DNA of 64,000 nucleotides from Mobula birostris (taxonomy: Eukaryota): assembly GCF_030028105.1 (NCBI RefSeq), contig NC_092377.1, positions 83,172,569 to 83,236,568 of the forward strand, written 5' to 3'. Both the position numbers and the translations under genes were made by a program. The notes under the pieces were generated by a model that did no database searches, was not told the DNA's origin, and worked only from the letters and a program-made list of their open reading frames with translations. The number at the start of each line of letters is the position of its first letter. The first letter of the stretch is position 1. This document shows positions 61,521 to 64,000 of this stretch, one piece after another.

Positions 61521-63214
61521 AAACAGATTATTAAACACTTTAATATCCACAATGGGTATTATTAATGCTGATTTTTATTAGTTAGCCAATATACGGCTTG
61601 GTATACTTACTTTATTTGCAGTTGTCTTTGACCTGAAATGTTAATTTTGTTTCACTTTCCAGGAATGCCATCTGAGCTGTTGAGTGCTTCTCACAAGATC
61701 TGTTTTTATTTCTGAATTCCCATATCTGCAGTATTATTTTTAAAATTACATTAAAGCCTCTAAACTGAAGGCATCTTGCACTGTTGGAATGGTCTTATCT
61801 TGAATGAGTTGATAAATCAAGGAAGCCAAATAGCTTGCTTAGGCACATGCAAAAGGATTGGTGGCACTAGTGAGAAAAGCAGTAGATCTTTCATTGTGCT
61901 CACTAATATTTTTTTCTTCCCTTCTTGGGCCATTCCTCTGGATTGAGAAGGATTTACTTTCACTCTGTTTTTGTTTATTCTGAGGTGGCCATTGACACCA
62001 ACATGGGACACATAGGTTCTTCTACTGATGGAGCAGGAGCAGTCTGATAGCAAAGGTGTGTGGATAGTTTGGATAATGGTACATTTGCTGGGGTTCTGTA
62101 TCCTCCACGTCCATTGACTAGATGTTTCCAGTACCATTGCTAAAGCACTCCCAACACTTTAAATTTTTGTGGGCCATAAATTACCAGGAATCAAGGCAAA
62201 TTGAGACATGTCCTTGAACCTTTTCCTCCATCAGCCCAGTAATCTCCTCCCATGACATGGGAAATGGTTGAAATTCTCCCCACCATTGCCTCAAGTAGAC
62301 AGCATTAATCATCAAGGAGCATATCAGCCAGGACATATTTACTTCTCATTGCTGCTATCAGGCAGGAGACACAGAAGTTCAAAATCCAACACCACAGATT
62401 CAAGAACAATTACTTTCCTACAGCCATCAGGATCTTCAATCAACCTGCACAATCCTCACCCTATCTCGGCAATGGAAAACTAAGCACCGCTTTTTGTGCG
62501 AGCATAGACATGTCTCTGTGTTTTCTGTTGAACTGATGTCTTCTTTTGTACAGTCTTGTTTTCCTCACTACCTCATGTGATTTGTGTATAAATTCTGTAT
62601 AACTTAAATTTTGCTCATTGCTGTTTGAGCCTATGTGTCCATGATGCTGCTCCAAATAAGCTTTTCATTGTACTTGGTCCTTGCTGTAATTGTGCATATG
62701 ATAATAAATTTGATTTGATTCAACTTGACTTGAAGGAAGCTTCTAGGATCATGCCTCTATCCAAACAACATTACAGTTGTTGTTATTTGTTGCTAAAGTA
62801 TAGCTATTTGATCTTTCTTCCTCATAGTCCCTTGGGATTGAAGTTGAATTGCTTCCACTGTGGTTTTGAGGTGAGTGGTGTGGTCAATGTCAGATAGGTG
62901 GTGTTTAAATGGGTTATAGCCTTTTCTTTTGCTGGGTCTCTGCGCGCTCCTGTCAGACGCATCCCATGTGCCCTTTGTGGTATTTATGTTCGAACGACTG
63001 CCGCACATTCAATATCACAGCGATGTCTATTATTCAGAAGCACCTCATTAACAGTAAAGTGCTTTGTGACTACCAGGAACTAGATAGAAGTAATGAAGTG
63101 AAAAAAAAGAACAGCAATAAGCATTTATTTTTAGAGAAAGATCAAGAACTTGTGCGCATATATTTCAGATGATTGGTCAAAATAATGGGGAAACATACTG
63201 AAAACATTGAAAAG

Positions 63215-63790
63215 ATCAAAAATCATCATCAATCACCGTATACATTTACATGTATTAGGAATTTGCTGTGTGGTGTGTTGGTGTGACATGCAATAAAAAT
63301 GACAACATTCAACAATTATAAAGAATAAGGAATTATATAAAATAAATTTAGAAGTACGGATCTGGAATGAAACGTGAATAAACACAATTTACAATCTAAA
63401 CAGAATTATAAAAAGTGGCTTAAAGTGCTTGGAGTGCAGTGTAGCGACTGGTGTAACAGATAGAGAAGTAGGAGGTGGTCTAAACAGAGTGGTTGATCAT
63501 ATTAACTGCCTGGGGGAAGAAACTTTTAAGGTGGTGTGAAATTTTATTTTGATAGCCTTACAACACTTTCCAGAAGGGAGCTTTTGGAACAGGCGATTTG
63601 CAGAGTGAGTAGAATCTGCAATGATTCTTTCTGCTGGCTTCATTTTCCCGGACACGTACAAGTCCTGGAGTGATGGTAGACCTTTTCTGCTATCCTGAGA
63701 GTTCACTGTAGTTTTAGGTTTTGTATATTGTGAGAGGATGCTGTACCAAACAAGACAGTGATGACTGACGTGAGGATGCTCTCTGTGATG
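63215..63790 (-). mobile_element. Rex1/Babar-type LINE 3' fragment
   Basis: LPSLQDLY...IIADSTHSANRLFQKLPSGK motif. Confidence 0.7.
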
Positions 63791-64000
63791 GCAGAGTAGA
63801 ATTGCACCCGTATGGTCTAGGGAAGATGGAACTTTACCAACTGCAACAAGAAGTACTGTACATCCTCTGCTGAACATTTTTGTTAATCCTCATTTTTTGT
63901 GAGGGGGAACCAGATTCAGCCAGTGTTTTCAAAAGAGAATTGCAATAAAACTGATAATCCACCACAGGTTGCTGTGATTTTTCAGTGCTTAGACATTTGC

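Overview
Vertebrate genomic DNA, most likely from a cartilaginous fish (shark/ray), judging by its repeat families: CR1 with (TTTCTATG)n tails, V-SINE/HE1-type and Deu-domain SINEs, Penelope, Rex1/Babar, RTE and Tx1/L1. Three intact, apparently single-coding-exon, GC-rich genes sit in an AT-rich, repeat-dense background: CD93 (+, 19186-20973), thrombomodulin THBD (+, 40011-41639) and somatostatin receptor SSTR4 (-, 56773-57918). This is the order and orientation of the human 20p11 block. Nearly all other ORFs in the track are retroelement debris or antisense shadows, and there is one 140-nt assembly gap. I cannot support a wholly new biological system. The best leads are: (1) dispersed Penelope-terminal repeats whose consensus reconstructs a minimal type I hammerhead ribozyme, often as inverted pairs; (2) an SSTR4 with the SSTR2/3/5-type Gln at pocket position 3.36 and an SSTR1-like tail; (3) a thrombomodulin with Trp at the oxidation-sensitive Met388 position; (4) an intronless CD93 ending in a canonical PDZ ligand; (5) an unexplained ~100-bp-arm inverted repeat; (6) MITEs and nested insertions with clear target-site duplications (TSDs). 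Comparisons with human proteins and repeat consensi are from memory and need confirming by alignment.
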